The notes: generated by a model not told the origin, from the letters alone. Counted from the stretch's first letter, positions 18,022 through 27,836 are shown. The stretch: 64,000 nt of DNA from Planctomycetota bacterium (GCA_038212275.1 JBBQUR010000001.1:1-64000); one strand, 5' to 3'. A program made the numbers and translations.

Positions 18022-19443
18022 TCAGCCCGGCCTGACCATCTTCGACGCGTCCACCCAGCGGTCGAAGTCCTCGCCGGTGACGTGGCCGAGCTTCTCGGCT
18101 GCCGCGCGCAACGTGCTCTTGTCGGCGTGCGCGGTCTTGGCGATCTTCGCCGCCTTGTCGTAGCCGATGTGCGGGTTGAGCGCGGTGACGAGCATGAGCG
18201 AGTTCCGCACGTGCTGCGCGAGGCGCTCGCGGTCGGCCTCGATGCCGACCGCGCAGTGCCTGTCGAAGCCCGCGCAGGCATCGCTCAGCAGGCGGATGCT
18301 CTTCAGCACGTGGTGGATGATCACGGGCTTGTAGACATTGAGCTCGAAGTTGCCCTGGCTGCCCGCGAAGGCGACGGCCGCGTCGTAGCCGAAGACGGCG
18401 ACCGCGACCATGGTCATCGACTCGCACTGCGTGGGATTCACCTTGCCCGGCATGATCGAGCTGCCCGGCTCGTTTTCCGGAATGGTGATCTCGCCGAGGC
18501 CGCAGCGCGGGCCGCTCGCCAGCCAGCGGACGTCGTTGGCGATCTTCATGAGCGCCATGGCGAGGCCGCGCAGCGCGGCGGACAGCGCGACGAGGCCGTC
18601 GTGCGCCGCGAGCGCCTCGAACTTGCTGGGCGCCGAGGTGAAGGGGAGGCCGGTCATCTCGGCGATGCGGCGCGCCACGCGCTCCGCATATTCAGGGTGC
18701 GTGTTGAGCCCCGTCCCGACGGCCGTGCCGCCGATGGCCAGCTCGTACACGTGCGGCAGGCTGTCCTCGATGTGCGCGACGGCGTGGTCGAGTTGCGAGA
18801 CCCAGCCGGAGATCTCCTGGCCGAGCGTCAGCGGCGTCGCATCCTGCAGGTGCGTGCGTCCGATCTTGACCACGTCCGCGAAGGCCTCGGCCTTCGCCGC
18901 GAGCGTGTTGCGCAGCCCGGTCAGCGCGGGCAGCAGCCGTCCGCGCACCTGCGTCGCCGCGGCGATCGACATCGCGGTGGGGAAGGTGTCGTTGCTCGAC
19001 TGGCCCATGTTGACGTCGTCGTTGGGATGGATCGGCGACTTGCTCCCGAGCACGCCGCCGGCGAACTCGATCGCGCGGTTCGCGATGACCTCGTTGGCGT
19101 TCATGTTCGTCTGCGTGCCGGAGCCGGTCTGGTAGACCACCAGAGGGAAGTGCTCGTCGAGCAGCCCGTCGATGACCTCCTGCGCCGCCTGCATGATGAG
19201 CGCCGCCTTGTCGTGCGGCAGCAGCCCGAGATCCGCGTTCACGCTCGCCGCGGCGTGCTTGAGCACGCCGAGCGCCCCGATGAGCGGCCGCGTGAAGCGA
19301 TCGTCGCCCACGTCGAAGTTCTGCAGCGAGCGCTGAGTCTGGCAGCCCCAGTAGCGGTCGGCGGGCACGGCAAGCGAGCCCATGCTGTCGGATTCGGTGC
19401 GCGTGACGGCTCGGCTGGTCGGGTGCGGCGTGTGCATGCTCAT
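18022..19443 (-). CDS. fumC: Class II fumarate hydratase
   Basis: [52 protein letters not shown]. Confidence 0.97.
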   Translation of the reverse strand: MSMHTPHPTSRAVTRTESDSMGSLAVPADRYWGCQTQRSLQNFDVGDDRFTRPLIGALGVLKHAAASVNADLGLLPHDKAALIMQAAQEVIDGLLDEHFPLVVYQTGSGTQTNMNANEVIANRAIEFAGGVLGSKSPIHPNDDVNMGQSSNDTFPTAMSIAAATQVRGRLLPALTGLRNTLAAKAEAFADVVKIGRTHLQDATPLTLGQEISGWVSQLDHAVAHIEDSLPHVYELAIGGTAVGTGLNTHPEYAERVARRIAEMTGLPFTSAPSKFEALAAHDGLVALSAALRGLAMALMKIANDVRWLASGPRCGLGEITIPENEPGSSIMPGKVNPTQCESMTMVAVAVFGYDAAVAFAGSQGNFELNVYKPVIIHHVLKSIRLLSDACAGFDRHCAVGIEADRERLAQHVRNSLMLVTALNPHIGYDKAAKIAKTAHADKSTLRAAAEKLGHVTGEDFDRWVDASKMVRPG

Positions 19444-19489
19444 GCCCGGATTGGACCAAAGCGCAGGGCGCCTCGCCTACCCGGGGGGC

Positions 19490-21802
19490 CTACTCGATGA
19501 CGAGCTGCAGGCCGTTGCTGGTCGCGAGGCCCGAGGGGCCCGCAGCATCCGCCACGAGGAGTTGCAGGGTCAGAGTGACCGGGGCGAGTGCAGGCGGCAG
19601 CAGTGCGGGGATCTGCAGCGTGCCGGCACCGGCGCCGCTCCCTGGCAGTGCCAGCGCCAGGGAAATCGGCAGCAACGGCGAGACGAGCAGCGTGCAGCCC
19701 TTGAAGACCGTGCTCCCCTGGCCGGCGCCGAGCAGCAGCAGCGAGGGCGCGCCGCCGAGCGCGTCCGTGATTTGCAGTGTCAGGATGCTGCCCGGAGTCG
19801 GACACCCCGACGCGGAGAGCGCCGGAACGAAGCCGCCGCTGCCGGCGCACCCCGCTCCGTACGTGCTGAAGCCGCCCGGACACGCGCTCAGCACCACCGT
19901 CGAATCGGAGCGGCCGTACGCGAGGTGTCCATCGGGAGCGTAGGCGAGCGGAAGTTGGGGTGCCGGGCCCCAGCCTGTCTCCTGGGTGTAGACCTTCAGC
20001 GCGGTCCCGGTGGCCTCTGAGAAGGTGCGGATGCTCTCGCTGAATCCCGATCCGCAGGCGACCGTCGCGCCGTCGGGCGCAAAGGCCACGCTCTGGATGA
20101 ACGCGACCGGATCACCCGTGAATGTGCGCAGCAGCACGCCGCTGGTCGCGTCCCAGAGGCGCAGGTTGTTGCCGGAGATCTCTTCACCCGTGAGCACGGT
20201 CAGGCCGTCGGGCGACCAGGCGATCGAGCTGATGTGATTGCCCTCCGCCGACAGCGTGTGCAGCAGGGCGCCGTCCGAGACGCGCCAGATGCGCAGTGCG
20301 AACGAACCCGCCGCCACGCGCTCGCCGTCCGGCGAAAACGCGACGGAGGACACGCCGCCGACGCTGCCGGAGAACGTGTGCAGCAGCGAGCCGGTCTGCG
20401 TGCTCCAGAGCTTCACGAGATTGTCGCGGCCTCCCGACAGCACGGTGAGTGCGTCGGCGGAGAGGTCCACGGAGGTCGTGCCGCTGCCGTGCCCGGGAAT
20501 CTGCAGGAGCTGCTGCCCGGTGGCGCCGTTCCAGAGGCGCACGCTCGTATCCTTGGTGTCCGGAGGAGGTGAGCCGGCACCCGTGGCGACCAGCATGCCG
20601 TCGGCGCTCAACGAGACGCTGTTCACGACGTCGGTGTGCCCGACGAGCGTGATCAGGTCCTCGCCCGTGGCCGCATCCCACAACCTGGTGTTCAGGTCGG
20701 AGCCTGCCGAGGCGACGCGCAGGCCGTCAGCCGAGACATCCACGCCGCGGATCGACCCGTGGTGATGGCCGATCGCGAGTTCGGCCACGCCGCCGGGCAG
20801 CGACCAGCGGCGCATCGGACCGCCGATGCCGCCCGTCAGCAGGCCGCTGCCATCGGGCGTGATGGCCGTCGAGCTCACTAAGCTGCCGTCGGGCGTCGGG
20901 TGCGCGTCGAGCAGCGCGCCTGTGGCGACGCTCCAGCGACGCCAGGTTCCGTCCCAGCTGCCCGTGATGAGGGTCGCGCCGTCCGGCGAGAAGCTCGTGG
21001 ACTTCACCAGGTCGGTGTGACCGGCCAGCGTGTGCAGCAGAGCCCCGCTCGAGACACTCCAGAGGATGGCCTTGGTGTCCCAGCTGCCGGTGGCCAGCGT
21101 CTGGCCATCCGGCGAGAAGGCGACGGAGTCGACGAAGAAGCTGTGCCCGCTGAAGGTCTTCACGACCGCGCCCGTGCTCACGTTGAACATGCGCACCCGC
21201 TTGTCGCTGTAGCCCGCGGCGATGTTCAGGCTGTCGGGCGAGAAGGCCAGGGCGAAGACGGTGGATCCGGCCGGGCCGTTGATCGTCTTCACCAGCGCAC
21301 CGGTCGCGGCGTTCCAGAGGAAGACTCGGCCCGACTGGTCGCCCGCGGCGACGAGCGTGCCATCGGGTGCATAGGCGACGGCGAAGGCCTCGTTCGCGGA
21401 GCCGACGAGCTCGTGCGCGATCGTTCCCGTCGCGGTGTCCCAGAGGAGCACGTTGCTCGAGCCGCCGCCGAAAACTTTCTCGCCGCCGCTCACGAGGCGA
21501 CTCCCGTCTGGCGCGACCGCCAGGGCTTCCACGGCGCCGGCGTGTGCGGCGAGAGTGCGCACGAACGCGCCGTCGGAAAGCCGCCAGAGCTTGATGGTGT
21601 GATCCGTGAAACTCGCGCTGGCGATGGTCTGGCCGTCGGGAAACACGGCCACGGCGTCCACGTCCGCATGGCCGGCGCCGACCCAGGCCAGGGGCGGTGC
21701 CAGGGCTGCGTCCGCAGCCGTCTGCGCGTGGAGCATCGCTCCGGGAACTGCCGTGATGCCGAGCAGGACCAGGGTCGTCAGACATCGGGCCGTGACATGC
21801 AT
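19490..21802 (-). CDS. Secreted WD40-repeat protein (~14 repeats) with a Cys-containing C-terminal beta-rich domain
   Basis: Signal-peptide-like MHVTARCLTTLVLLGITAVPGAMLHAQ; repeated GH...V.SVAFSPDG...SGS.D.T..LW units. The tracked ORF start at 24088 overlaps the helicase. Confidence 0.88.
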   Translation of the reverse strand: MHVTARCLTTLVLLGITAVPGAMLHAQTAADAALAPPLAWVGAGHADVDAVAVFPDGQTIASASFTDHTIKLWRLSDGAFVRTLAAHAGAVEALAVAPDGSRLVSGGEKVFGGGSSNVLLWDTATGTIAHELVGSANEAFAVAYAPDGTLVAAGDQSGRVFLWNAATGALVKTINGPAGSTVFALAFSPDSLNIAAGYSDKRVRMFNVSTGAVVKTFSGHSFFVDSVAFSPDGQTLATGSWDTKAILWSVSSGALLHTLAGHTDLVKSTSFSPDGATLITGSWDGTWRRWSVATGALLDAHPTPDGSLVSSTAITPDGSGLLTGGIGGPMRRWSLPGGVAELAIGHHHGSIRGVDVSADGLRVASAGSDLNTRLWDAATGEDLITLVGHTDVVNSVSLSADGMLVATGAGSPPPDTKDTSVRLWNGATGQQLLQIPGHGSGTTSVDLSADALTVLSGGRDNLVKLWSTQTGSLLHTFSGSVGGVSSVAFSPDGERVAAGSFALRIWRVSDGALLHTLSAEGNHISSIAWSPDGLTVLTGEEISGNNLRLWDATSGVLLRTFTGDPVAFIQSVAFAPDGATVACGSGFSESIRTFSEATGTALKVYTQETGWGPAPQLPLAYAPDGHLAYGRSDSTVVLSACPGGFSTYGAGCAGSGGFVPALSASGCPTPGSILTLQITDALGGAPSLLLLGAGQGSTVFKGCTLLVSPLLPISLALALPGSGAGAGTLQIPALLPPALAPVTLTLQLLVADAAGPSGLATSNGLQLVIE

Positions 21803-21853
21803 GGATGGATTCCCCGGGAGTGGAGTGCGGAGCGGGAGGCGGTCGCCAGCGGA

Positions 21854-21890
21854 GGGAGCCGGCGGCGGGAGCCGGCGGCGGGAGCCGGCG
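21854..21890. repeat. 13-bp tandem repeat GGGAGCCGGCGGC, ~3 copies
   Basis: Directly visible between the helicase and WD40 genes. Confidence 0.8.
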
Positions 21891-21936
21891 ATTCCGGCAG
21901 TGTACGGCCCTCTTCCGGAAAGGTTACGCGGCGGGC

Positions 21937-24039
21937 TCAGCCAAGGCTGAGCTGGCGCGCGGCGTCCACTTCGTCGCGGTTGAGCAGCTCGCGCGAGCGC
22001 TCGAGGAGCGTGGCCAGCGGCGAACGGGGAGGCACCGCGGAACGCAGCTGGCGCAGCAGCTGCACGGTGAGGCGGAACACGCGCACGATGTCGCCGTTCG
22101 GCGCCGTGCAGTGCTCGCGCATGTCCGCGAAGCCCTTGCCCTGGCACCAGGCGTTGACGGCGGCCGCGATGCGGAAGTTCGGCGGGCGGATCGAGGGCGG
22201 GATGCCGAGCTCGCGCTCCTGGCGGATGAGGTGGTCGACGACGCGGTCGACGTCGCGCTTGTGCTCGCCCAGGACGTTGGGCGGCAACCGGCGGAACAGC
22301 TCGTTCTTGCGCTCCTCGAAGACGAGCGAGGCGAAGACGATCGCGATCTGCACTTCGTTGAGCCACTCCAGCAGGCCGGATTCGAGCAACTCGGCGACCT
22401 GCAGCTCGTAACCGTTGATGACGGCCGCGACGTCGCCTTTCGGCGTGACGCCCTGCTCCGTGATGTAGCCGAGCTCGCGCAGCAGCCGCAGGCGGCACTC
22501 GATCGCGTCGCGCTGCTTCTGCGCATTCTTCTCGCGCTTCTTCGTGCTCATGCGCGACCACTGGAAGTTGTTGAAGGAGCGCTCCCAGGCCTCGAACAAC
22601 CGCGGGCCGAGCGTGCGGTGCAGGTTGATGAGCGTGCTGTAGGAGAGGTTGAAGCGGGAGAGAATCGGTTCGACGTCGTTGCCGACGAGGCGCGCGATCT
22701 CGTGAGGCGTCACGCGGTCGTCGTCGAGGATGGAGATCACGAGGCCGTGCGTGTCGATGCCCTGCCGGCCCGCACGCCCGGCCATCTGCTGATACTCGCG
22801 CACCTTGAGCGTGGAGAAGCCCGTGCCGTCGAACTTGCGCAGGCTCGCGAACACGACGGTGTGCGCCGGCATGTTGATGCCCAGCGAGAAAGTCTCGGTG
22901 GCGAAGAGCAGCTGCAGCAGCCCGGACGTGAAGAGTCGTTCGACCAGCTCCTTGTGGAGCGGGAGCATGCCGGCGTGGTGGTAGGCGATGCCGTGCCGCG
23001 CGAGGCTGCGCAGCTCTTCCAGCTCCGCGTCGGGAACGATCTCGAACACGTCGCAGATCTCGTTGAAGAGCTGTTCGATCCGGTCGCTGGCCTCCGCTTC
23101 CAGCAGCGTGCGCTTGTGCAGCGTCTCGCGGGCGCGCTGTTCGCATTCGCGGCGCGAGAAGCAGAAGAAGAGGGCCGGCAGCGCCTTGTCGCGCTGCAGC
23201 AGATCCACGATGGCGTTGCGATCCTGGCCGCGCGGCTGCTCGCCGTTTCCGCGGCCCCGGCCTCGCCCGCGTCCCGCGGCGGTCGCCGGAACGCGGGGCA
23301 GCACCAGCTTGCCGTCGATGCGCCGGAGTCCGAGCCCTGGCACGTAGAGGTAGTGGTCGAGCGGGACCGGCCGTTCGCGGTGGCGGATGATCTCCACCTG
23401 CTGCCCGCGCGTCTGGCTGATCCACTCGCCGAACTGGTCGAGGTTGGCGATCGTCGCGGACAGGCACACGAAGCGGATGTGCTTCGGCGCGAAGATGATC
23501 GACTCTTCCCACACCGTGCCGCGCTCGATGTCGTCCATGTAGTGGATCTCGTCGAACACGACGGTGTCCACGTCGTCGAGGCTGGCGGGGTTCTCGAAGA
23601 TCGTGTTGCGGAAAATCTCCGTGGTCATGATGAGCAGGGGTGCGCCGCCGTTGATGGTCACGTCGCCGGTCATGATCCCGACGGCCTCGGGCGCGATGCC
23701 CTTGAAGTCGCGGTACTTCTGGTTGGAGAGCGCCTTCACCGGCGCGGTGTAGATCGCGCGACGCCCCGCCTGCATGGACTGGTCGATGGCGATCTCTGCC
23801 ACGAGCGTCTTGCCGGAGCCGGTCGGCGCGGCCAGCAGAACGGGTCGGCCTTCGCGCAGCGGTCCGAGCGCCTGCATCTGGAAGGCATTGAGCGTGAGGC
23901 CGCGGAAAACCTCGTGCCCCGACGTGCTTGCTGCCGGATCGCTCGGGCCGGCGCCGGCCCGGGAGGGGGGCGACGGCGCGGAAGCGTCGGCGGGGCCGGT
24001 GCTGCGCGGGCGGCGCGGGCGGCGGGGGCGGCTCGGCAT
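21937..24039 (-). CDS. Ski2/HelY-like DExH-box RNA helicase
   Basis: APTGSGKT, YTAPVKALSNQKY, DEIHY, LSAT, FCFSRREC, HHAG, TETFSLGINMPA, QMAGRAGRQG, C-terminal GDIVR helical domain. Start uncertain. Confidence 0.92.
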   Translation of the reverse strand: MPSRPRRPRRPRSTGPADASAPSPPSRAGAGPSDPAASTSGHEVFRGLTLNAFQMQALGPLREGRPVLLAAPTGSGKTLVAEIAIDQSMQAGRRAIYTAPVKALSNQKYRDFKGIAPEAVGIMTGDVTINGGAPLLIMTTEIFRNTIFENPASLDDVDTVVFDEIHYMDDIERGTVWEESIIFAPKHIRFVCLSATIANLDQFGEWISQTRGQQVEIIRHRERPVPLDHYLYVPGLGLRRIDGKLVLPRVPATAAGRGRGRGRGNGEQPRGQDRNAIVDLLQRDKALPALFFCFSRRECEQRARETLHKRTLLEAEASDRIEQLFNEICDVFEIVPDAELEELRSLARHGIAYHHAGMLPLHKELVERLFTSGLLQLLFATETFSLGINMPAHTVVFASLRKFDGTGFSTLKVREYQQMAGRAGRQGIDTHGLVISILDDDRVTPHEIARLVGNDVEPILSRFNLSYSTLINLHRTLGPRLFEAWERSFNNFQWSRMSTKKREKNAQKQRDAIECRLRLLRELGYITEQGVTPKGDVAAVINGYELQVAELLESGLLEWLNEVQIAIVFASLVFEERKNELFRRLPPNVLGEHKRDVDRVVDHLIRQERELGIPPSIRPPNFRIAAAVNAWCQGKGFADMREHCTAPNGDIVRVFRLTVQLLRQLRSAVPPRSPLATLLERSRELLNRDEVDAARQLSLG

Positions 24040-24169
24040 GCGGGCCTTGGGACCGGGGGGATGGGGACTGATGCCTGGCTCGCGGCACCCCGGCGGGAAG
24101 CTTTCCCGTGGCCGGCGCCCAGAAAATACCGCTCCGGACAGCCGCCCCGGTCTTCTATTTTCGGAAGGC

Positions 24170-25231
24170 ATGGATCCCGGCTTCGACGACCTGCCTTCCG
24201 ATGAGCTCCCGGACGAAGCGCCCGACGAAGCCTCGGACCACGCGCCCGACCACGCGCCCGACCACGCGCCCGACCACGCACCGGGGAGCGTCGGAGAGGA
24301 GTCGGCCTTCGACGGCGCCGATCCGCGAGCTGCAGGCGAGGGCGAGACGGACGCGCTGTCGAACGGTGATGCCGGCGACACCGATCTCGACGGCGACGAC
24401 GGCGAGACCGAGACCGATGAGCAGCGCGCGCGCACTCCGGGCGAGCGCTGGCTGCAGCGCGTGCGTCCGCTCGTGCTGCCCGCCCTGCTGACAGTCGGAG
24501 TGCTCGTACTGATCGTGCGCGCGCGCGCGACGCTCGAGCAAACGCCTCGATTTCTCGTCGATCCGAGCGTGTGTGCGGTGGTGGCGCGGCCAGCCTGGGT
24601 CTCCGACCCGGTGGCGCGCCAGATCGCGCTCTCCGTGGCGACGGGCCTGGGCCGCCAGGCCTCGCTGCTCGATGGTGGGCAGCTGCGCGTGTGGGCCGAT
24701 GCACTCTCCGATCCGCGCGGCGAGATCTCGCCGTGGATCGAGTCGGTGGAGCGCCTCGAGCCGCGCTTCCCGCACCAGGCCGACGTGTCCATCCGCGTGC
24801 GGAAGCCCGTGCTCACCGTGGCTGGAGACCTGCTGGTCGCCGCCTCCGGGCACGTGCTCGGCCCCGGCCCCGTGGCGATCTCGCCCGCACCACTGCGCTA
24901 CGACGGACGCCTGACCGACGAGGACCTCGTGGAGTGTGCCGCAGCCGCCGGCGAGCTCGTGCCGTTCCGCGACGAGCTGGACCGGGCCGGAGTCCGCGTG
25001 GTGTCGGTCGGCACGGCCGAGGACGGCACGGTGACATTCACGACCGATGCCGACGTGAAGATCAGCTGGGGGCGATCCGCGCGCAAGTCGGCCTGGTCGC
25101 ACCTCGACCTTCCGCCCTCCGAGCGGCTCGGCAATCTGCGCCAGGTGCTCGTGGACCACCCGGGTCTGGCCGGGCTGGGCTACGTCCGAATCTGGACCGA
25201 TCGGCCCCTCTCGGTGCGCCGCGACGCCTGA
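24170..25231 (+). CDS. Bitopic membrane protein, FtsQ/DivIB-like
   Basis: Acidic N-terminus with DHAP repeats, one TM (LVLPALLTVGVLVLIV), POTRA-like SPWIESVERLEPRFPHQADVSIRVRKPV. RBS GGAAGG before ATG 24170. Confidence 0.6.
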   Translation: MDPGFDDLPSDELPDEAPDEASDHAPDHAPDHAPDHAPGSVGEESAFDGADPRAAGEGETDALSNGDAGDTDLDGDDGETETDEQRARTPGERWLQRVRPLVLPALLTVGVLVLIVRARATLEQTPRFLVDPSVCAVVARPAWVSDPVARQIALSVATGLGRQASLLDGGQLRVWADALSDPRGEISPWIESVERLEPRFPHQADVSIRVRKPVLTVAGDLLVAASGHVLGPGPVAISPAPLRYDGRLTDEDLVECAAAAGELVPFRDELDRAGVRVVSVGTAEDGTVTFTTDADVKISWGRSARKSAWSHLDLPPSERLGNLRQVLVDHPGLAGLGYVRIWTDRPLSVRRDA

Positions 25232-25459
25232 AGCCGTGCGGTCGGCGCGGGAGGAGCGCGTCCCGTGGCGCCGCGGCGCGGCCTGCTTGCGGCGCATGCC
25301 GCTGGCACCAGGCACCAGGCACCAGGCAGCTGGCGCTGGCAGCTCGCGCTGGCTGTGCCGGCGGCCTGCGGCTGGCGGCTGGCGGCTGGCGGCGACGCGG
25401 GGCAAGCCGTTGAGCGCGGATGGGGGAGGCGAAGTCCGGGGAGCGCGCCGGGTGAGCCG

Positions 25460-25487
25460 TTGATCCGCGCCGGCCCTTTGGTATCTT
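25460..25487 (+). promoter_or_regulatory. Putative sigma70 promoter of rplM-rpsI
   Basis: TTGATC-N16-TATCTT with an extended -10 TG. Confidence 0.55.
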
Positions 25488-25555
25488 GCTCCGTTCGCAT
25501 TTCGGTCCGGGAAATGCCTGCGTGCAGGCGCCCGACAGCAAGGACAGCAGAGACC

Positions 25556-26011
25556 ATGATCAAGACCTACATGGCCAAGCCGGGTGAAGTGCAGCGCAAG
25601 TGGCAGCATTTCGACGCCGACGGTGTCGTGCTGGGCCGCCTGGCCGCCCGCGTCGCGACGGTGCTGCAGGGCAAGCACCACGCGCGCTACACAGCCTTCG
25701 TGGACACGGGCGACTTCGTCCTCGTGACGAACGCCTCCAAGGTCGTGCTCTCGGGCACGAAGGCGGACAGCCGCGTGCATCACTGGCACAGCGGCTACCT
25801 CGGCGGCATGCGCGCTATGACCTCCGGCGACATGCTCGACCGCGATCCGGCTCGCCTGCTCCGCCTCGCCGTGCGTCGCATGCTGCCCAAGACCAAGATG
25901 GGCCGCGCGATGTATTCCAAGCTGAAGGTCTACTCGGGCGTCGAGCATCCGCATGCCGCGCAGAAGCCCGTGACCAACGACACCACGCCGTATCGCCTGA
26001 AGGGACGCTGA
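25556..26011 (+). CDS. rplM: 50S ribosomal protein L13
   Basis: KTYMAKPGEVQRKW..DA...LGRLA...LQGKH...DTGDFV...HSGYLGG...AVRRMLPK...KLKVY...HPHAAQKP. Confidence 0.98.
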   Translation: MIKTYMAKPGEVQRKWQHFDADGVVLGRLAARVATVLQGKHHARYTAFVDTGDFVLVTNASKVVLSGTKADSRVHHWHSGYLGGMRAMTSGDMLDRDPARLLRLAVRRMLPKTKMGRAMYSKLKVYSGVEHPHAAQKPVTNDTTPYRLKGR

Positions 26012-26016
26012 AGAGC

Positions 26017-26418
26017 ATGAGCGAGACCGCCAAGGAGTTCACCTGGGGCGTCGGGCGCCGCAAGACCGCGGTGGCACGCGTGCGCCTGAAGGCCGGCACG
26101 GGCCAGATCCTGGTCAACGGCCGCCCCTTCGACACCTTCTTCCCTCTCGAGCCGGAGCGCCACGCGGTGCACGGCCCGCTGCTCGCGACGCAGAGCACGG
26201 AAAAGTACGACGTCTGGGCCAACGTGAACGGCGGCGGGCCTTCGGGCCAGGCCGGCGCGATGCGCCTCGGCATCGCCCGCGCACTGCTGAAGGTCGACCC
26301 GGTGCTGGAGCCAGCGCTCCGCGACGGCAACTTCCTGACGCGTGACAGCCGCATGGTGGAGCGCAAGAAGTACGGTCAGCGCAAGGCGCGCCGTCGCTTC
26401 CAGTTCAGCAAGCGCTGA
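26017..26418 (+). CDS. rpsI: 30S ribosomal protein S9
   Basis: GRRKTAVARV, GGGPSGQAGA, LTRDSRMVERKKYG..KARRRFQFSKR. Confidence 0.98.
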   Translation: MSETAKEFTWGVGRRKTAVARVRLKAGTGQILVNGRPFDTFFPLEPERHAVHGPLLATQSTEKYDVWANVNGGGPSGQAGAMRLGIARALLKVDPVLEPALRDGNFLTRDSRMVERKKYGQRKARRRFQFSKR

Positions 26419-26491
26419 TCTCACGCTCGCCTGGCCGGCAGCCTTCGGGGCACCGGCCGGGCGCGTGCGATGCGTCGCGGGAAGTCCCGAC

Positions 26492-27244
26492 ATGGCCGGC
26501 CATTCAGCCTTCAAGAACATCATGCACCGCAAGAAGGCGGTGGACGCCAAGCGTTCGCGGACCTTCAGCAAGCATGCGCGCCTGATCATGTCGGCCGTCC
26601 GCTCCGGCGGAGGCGACCCGGCCATGAACCTGTCGCTGCGCTACGCGATCGATCGCTCGCGCGAAGACAACATGACCAACGATGCGATCGACCGGGCGAT
26701 CAAGTCGGCGCTGGGCAAGGCGGATGCGGGTGCGCTCGAGACCCTGACCTACGAGGGCTACGGCCCGGGCGGCGTGGCCCTGCTCATCGATGCGCTCACG
26801 GACAATCGGGCGCGTACCTTCGGCGAGGTCCGGCTTGCGGTCGAGCACAACGGCGGGACGCTGGGCGCCACGGGCTCGGTGAGCTGGAACTTCGAGCGTC
26901 GCGGGCTCTACTTCGTGCCCGCTCCCGCGGACAAGGAAGAGGCCCTGCTCGAGGTCGCCATGGCCGCCGAGGCGGACGACTGCAATGCGAGCGAGGGCGG
27001 CTTCGGCATCAGCGCCGATCCGACGCGTTTCGCGCAGGTGAAGCAGGCTCTCGCCGAGGCCGGATTCAAGCCGAGCACGAGCGAGATCGCCTGGGTGCCC
27101 AAGGCCACGGTCAACCTCACGGACGAGCAGGTGGTGCAGCTTTCCAGGCTCATCGAGGCGATCGAAGAGCTGGATGACGTCCAGGGCGTCGCCTCCAACC
27201 TCGAGTGGACGGACGCGGCGCTCGCGGCAGCGGACCGGGCCTGA
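26492..27244 (+). CDS. yebC: YebC/PmpR family protein
   Basis: MAGHSAFKNIMHRK, GGGDPAMN..LR, YEGYGPGGVA, LTDNRART, EELDDVQGV. Confidence 0.95.
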   Translation: MAGHSAFKNIMHRKKAVDAKRSRTFSKHARLIMSAVRSGGGDPAMNLSLRYAIDRSREDNMTNDAIDRAIKSALGKADAGALETLTYEGYGPGGVALLIDALTDNRARTFGEVRLAVEHNGGTLGATGSVSWNFERRGLYFVPAPADKEEALLEVAMAAEADDCNASEGGFGISADPTRFAQVKQALAEAGFKPSTSEIAWVPKATVNLTDEQVVQLSRLIEAIEELDDVQGVASNLEWTDAALAAADRA

Positions 27245-27296
27245 ACCCGGCAACTTCCGCTTGAGCGCGGGGGTGCGGCCTGCCGATGATGCGGCC

Positions 27297-27836
27297 ATGC
27301 CGACGATCCCGCAGAACCAGCCCCTGGACGAAAACCGCCTGGTCGCCACGCTGACGGACAGCGAGACGGGGTTGCTGAACGCGACCTACTTCCAGCTCCG
27401 CCTCGAGGAGGAGTTCAAGAAGTCGTGGCGCTTCTCGTGGAACTACTCGCTGCTTTTCCTCGAGGTCGAGGGGCTTTCGGCCTTCGAGCAGTCCAGCAGC
27501 CGCAACGCGGCGGACTCGGCCGTGCTGGACATCGCGGGCGAGATCCTCACGGCCTCGCGCGACGTGGATCTCTCGGCGCGCATTTCGCGGACACGCTTCG
27601 CGATGCTGCTGCCCGGCACGCCGGCGCAGGGCGCGCTGGTCATGGTGCAGCGTGTCATGAACGAAGTGCTCGGCAAGCTCGATGAGCGGCTGACGTTGAG
27701 CGTCGGCATCTCGGCTGCGCCTCAGGAAGGACTGTCCTCGGTGGAGGACTTTCTCACGCGCGCCGATGCGGCGCTGCAACTCGCCCGCTCGCAGGGTGCC
27801 AATCAGGTCGTGACCTGGAACGCCAGGTCGCGCTGA
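27297..27836 (+). CDS. Stand-alone degenerate GGDEF-domain protein
   Basis: TDSETGLLN, RLEEEF, RDVD-LSARI-SRTRF in place of RxxD..R.GGDEF, TLSVGI, RADAALQLARSQGANQV. Confidence 0.85.
   Translation: MPTIPQNQPLDENRLVATLTDSETGLLNATYFQLRLEEEFKKSWRFSWNYSLLFLEVEGLSAFEQSSSRNAADSAVLDIAGEILTASRDVDLSARISRTRFAMLLPGTPAQGALVMVQRVMNEVLGKLDERLTLSVGISAAPQEGLSSVEDFLTRADAALQLARSQGANQVVTWNARSR

Noticed and set aside
21803..24088. N-terminal 760 aa of the 1532-aa ORF (apparent giant WD40 fusion)
   Set aside because: Arg/Pro/Ala-rich off-frame shadow of the helicase gene; the real protein starts at the signal peptide (ATG 21802).
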